Part shown: positions 61,350 through 64,000 of the stretch, piece after piece | Numbering within the stretch: position 1 is the stretch's first letter | Layout: the number at the start of each line of letters is the position of its first letter | DNA from: Psammoneis japonica | Lineage: Eukaryota | NCBI GenBank assembly: GCA_008632985.1 | Contig: QPGO01000049.1 | Coordinates: 124,001-188,000, forward strand | Direction: 5' to 3' | Length of the DNA: 64,000 bases | Notes under the pieces: model-generated | What the model was told of the DNA's origin: nothing | Databases searched by the model: none | The model's input: only the letters and a program-made list of their open reading frames with translations | Made by a program: the position numbers and the translations under genes

Positions 61350-64000
61350 CTTGGGGCCTATGTCAAGAGGCACCGCGGAACAACTCCCTACCCTGTCCTC
61401 AACTTTTCTGAGAACTAGGACATTAAATATGCCCTTCGACATTCGGTTTGGGTCATCTCCCGAAATAATTGGTGCTTATGTCGCGAGGCGCCCACTGTGC
61501 AAAATGATGTTGTTGCCATCTGGTCGGAAGGCAACGCGCATTGTCACGGACGCATTTTGAACGCGCCATTGATTCCAATGTGTGAATGGTTGATTGTTGT
61601 TTAGCTCACAGCTTTTCATTTCATTCTCAGTTCTGGCTGATGACTCCAACTTGAAAGAGAACAGTGGTTGCCATGGTCGTCATGGCATCATCATGAAAAA
61701 TGCTGCAAGGAGCCCGACTTCCACCTTGTCTTGTCATGACAGCGGCGCTGCATCAGCGCCACTGCATCATTCAAGCACAGAGATGCAGCATGGCACTTGC
61801 CACTTCTGCTTGTGCCTTGCCCCTTCTCCTGCCACAAGATGCACAAAAGACACAACTGACCCCAACAAGCAACATTGTGGTCAATCTTTTGGGCTGATGA
61901 GAGAGCTTTCTTTGCGCAAGGCAAGCTCCTCATCAAGGAGTGCCAGCCCCAATGGCGAGTTGAGGACACCAAGCTAGTTCAAGATCCCCCCTGCCATCAA
62001 AATTGTTTGCCAACACAACCTGGCTCAACCTTGCCATTTTGCCTCTCTTTTCTTGCAAATCTCTCAATGTGAAGACATGGAAGAGTGCACCCCTCTGCTG
62101 CACTGGCACAGCACCATGTGCTGCTGCCTGGCATTAGCAGCAGTTTCTCCAAGGCCCATGCCAGCTGCATGACAACCTCAACAATGCCATGCCAGTGCTC
62201 CAAGATCTGCTTCCAGCAATGAGATTGATGGTTTCACAAAAACAGAGACTGCTCCACCCAAGCAAGCATTGTCACACCCCATGTTGCACAACAAGCTGGC
62301 TGCAAACTCTAAAAAGATGCCAAGCAGTGCTGCCATCTTTCTGCCACTGGTTGGGCAGTGTGCAAATGCCATCTCTTGTCAAATCAGGGTTGCAAAGCCA
62401 GCTAAGAAGCCATGTGACTCTCTGGGGCACCTTTGTTGTTGGTCACATTTTTGGCAGAGGGGGGGGGGGGGGGGGGGGGCACCACAGGGCTCAGGGCAAG
62501 CACAGAGCCAAAATGATTAAACACATGTGAGACCACAAGTCCAGACACTTTGTGAGCCACACCATGATGCAAAAAAATGAGCAGAAGTCCAAGCAATTTG
62601 CAACAGACAAGCCATGGTCACCTCACATTAGGCCAAGTGCATTTGCTGGATTCAGCAAAATGGCTCTGGGTCTGCCACCAGTGGAGCCAGTGAAAAAGCT
62701 GCTCACCAGAAAAAGGCAAGAGTGGCATGGATGAACCAAAAATGAAATTGTGCAGTGTTGAGCTTCTTTCAGAGCAAGGCAAGACCATCAAAAAGAGTCT
62801 CATGAGTGTGGTGTGTGCATTGCACATCACATCAGAGAGCCTCTTCTTGGCAGCCTTGCTGCAACAAAAAGCCTTTTCAGTGTGAGCTGCATTTTGACAC
62901 ACAGAAGCTTGCCACAAGGAGAGTGCACCCTGTTGGCTGAGCAAATGGAATGATGTCATCACAACACCAGTGCAATGCCAGACAATGTGTGAGAGGACCA
63001 TCAAGAAGATGTGGCCTGTCTCATCTCTGCTGGGAAAGAAGGAGACCAGCAGTTTGTCACATGAACATTCCCACCTGTCACAGCAAAAAGCCCTGATGCT
63101 GAGACTGGTGCAACAAAAACAAAGATGAATCTTGTTTTTCATTGTGAAATCTTCACAACAGGAGTGGCATGACATCTTTTGACAACAACGACATCTCAAC
63201 AGCAAGATTGGTGCACCCAAGGAAGACCCTGCCATGTGTGCCAGTGCACTTTGAAGAGCTCTGTTTGCAACAAAGAAGCAGAGGACAAGGAGTGGGAACC
63301 ACACAAAACCTTGTGATGCTTTGAGGCTTTCCTCTGAGCAAAGCACAAAAGTGGTGCACAGATGTGGAGGAGATTCTCAACTTCATCTTTTGAGTCCCAC
63401 ATGCGCAACACATTTGCAGAGGTGTTTCAAACATCATGTGCTGGCATGGCACACTTCTGCCCACTGACAATGTTCAGAACATCTTGAAGAATCTGGGAAG
63501 CAGCATGGCATTTTGTTGGCCAGGCGGCAGCTGTGGTCAGGAAGCAGGAGGCAGAGAGCACAACTGCTGAGGAACAGCTTGCAACAACTGCCATGAGACC
63601 TGAGTGCAGAAGATGTTGAGAAAGTGCATGATGGCTGCTGAAAAAGAAAAAAAATGATCAGCAGCAAAAGTTTGCCAAGCTCTCAAAGAGATTTGTTGAG
63701 CTCTTAAAAAGACAAAAAAGGAAGAAACAACAGAAAAGGCAACATGGGAAAAAGAGCAACAAGCTGGATGCCACATCAACCAACTGTTGGAGCAAGTTAG
63801 ATGAGGGTGTTAGAGAACCCGGAAATAGTTGAAGTCCATGGATGTTTTGGCTCCTGACGTGGCCGGTCTGATGACCATGCATTCTTTGTCATCGCACTGT
63901 CATCCCTGAAATGAAGTGTTCTCACTCTTTAGAGTGAATCATCTGGTGTGTCAACTGTTGTCATCGGTGATGGGAAGCATCTGTTAAAAAAACCAAATCC
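61350..64000. mobile_element. Unclassified degenerate repeat/transposon block, CpG- and TpA-depleted from ~61600; runs off the window
   Basis: Same dinucleotide signature as the other blocks, G tract at ~62459-62479, no intact ORF. No family motif recognised. Confidence 0.55.

Overview
Eukaryotic nuclear DNA, most likely a diatom. This is inferred from short GT-AG introns, bipartite ASAFAP-type plastid presequences on EF-G and ClpP, and diatom-style LRR and subtilisin genes. Gene-dense blocks encode an eIF2-alpha kinase, plastid EF-G, an STI1-repeat protein, a GLUG-repeat protein, an LRR protein, ClpP, an HSPA14-like Hsp70, three kinesins, a DUF952 protein, an aminotransferase, SRP19, tRNA-Thr, a Cys-rich surface protein, an RRM protein and a subtilisin. 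They alternate with three transposon-relic blocks (~8.3-10.4, ~37.6-52.3 and ~61.6-64 kb). The most striking signal is that these blocks have lost almost all CpG and almost all TpA, and both appear to have been converted to TpG/CpA. Conserved Tyr/Leu codons of a Copia RNase H read as His/Cys/Pro, duplicated copies differ by CA versus TG, and nearly all surviving TpA lie in TTA or TAA. CpG loss fits 5mC deamination, but TpA to TpG/CpA is the opposite of fungal RIP. This suggests an undescribed, context-specific, repeat-targeted hypermutation or base-modification process. Mirror-image TpA-dense islands lie upstream of two genes, and a tRNA gene sits at one block edge. Several genes carry 1-nt deletions in short runs that are probably assembly errors. 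All counts are by hand.
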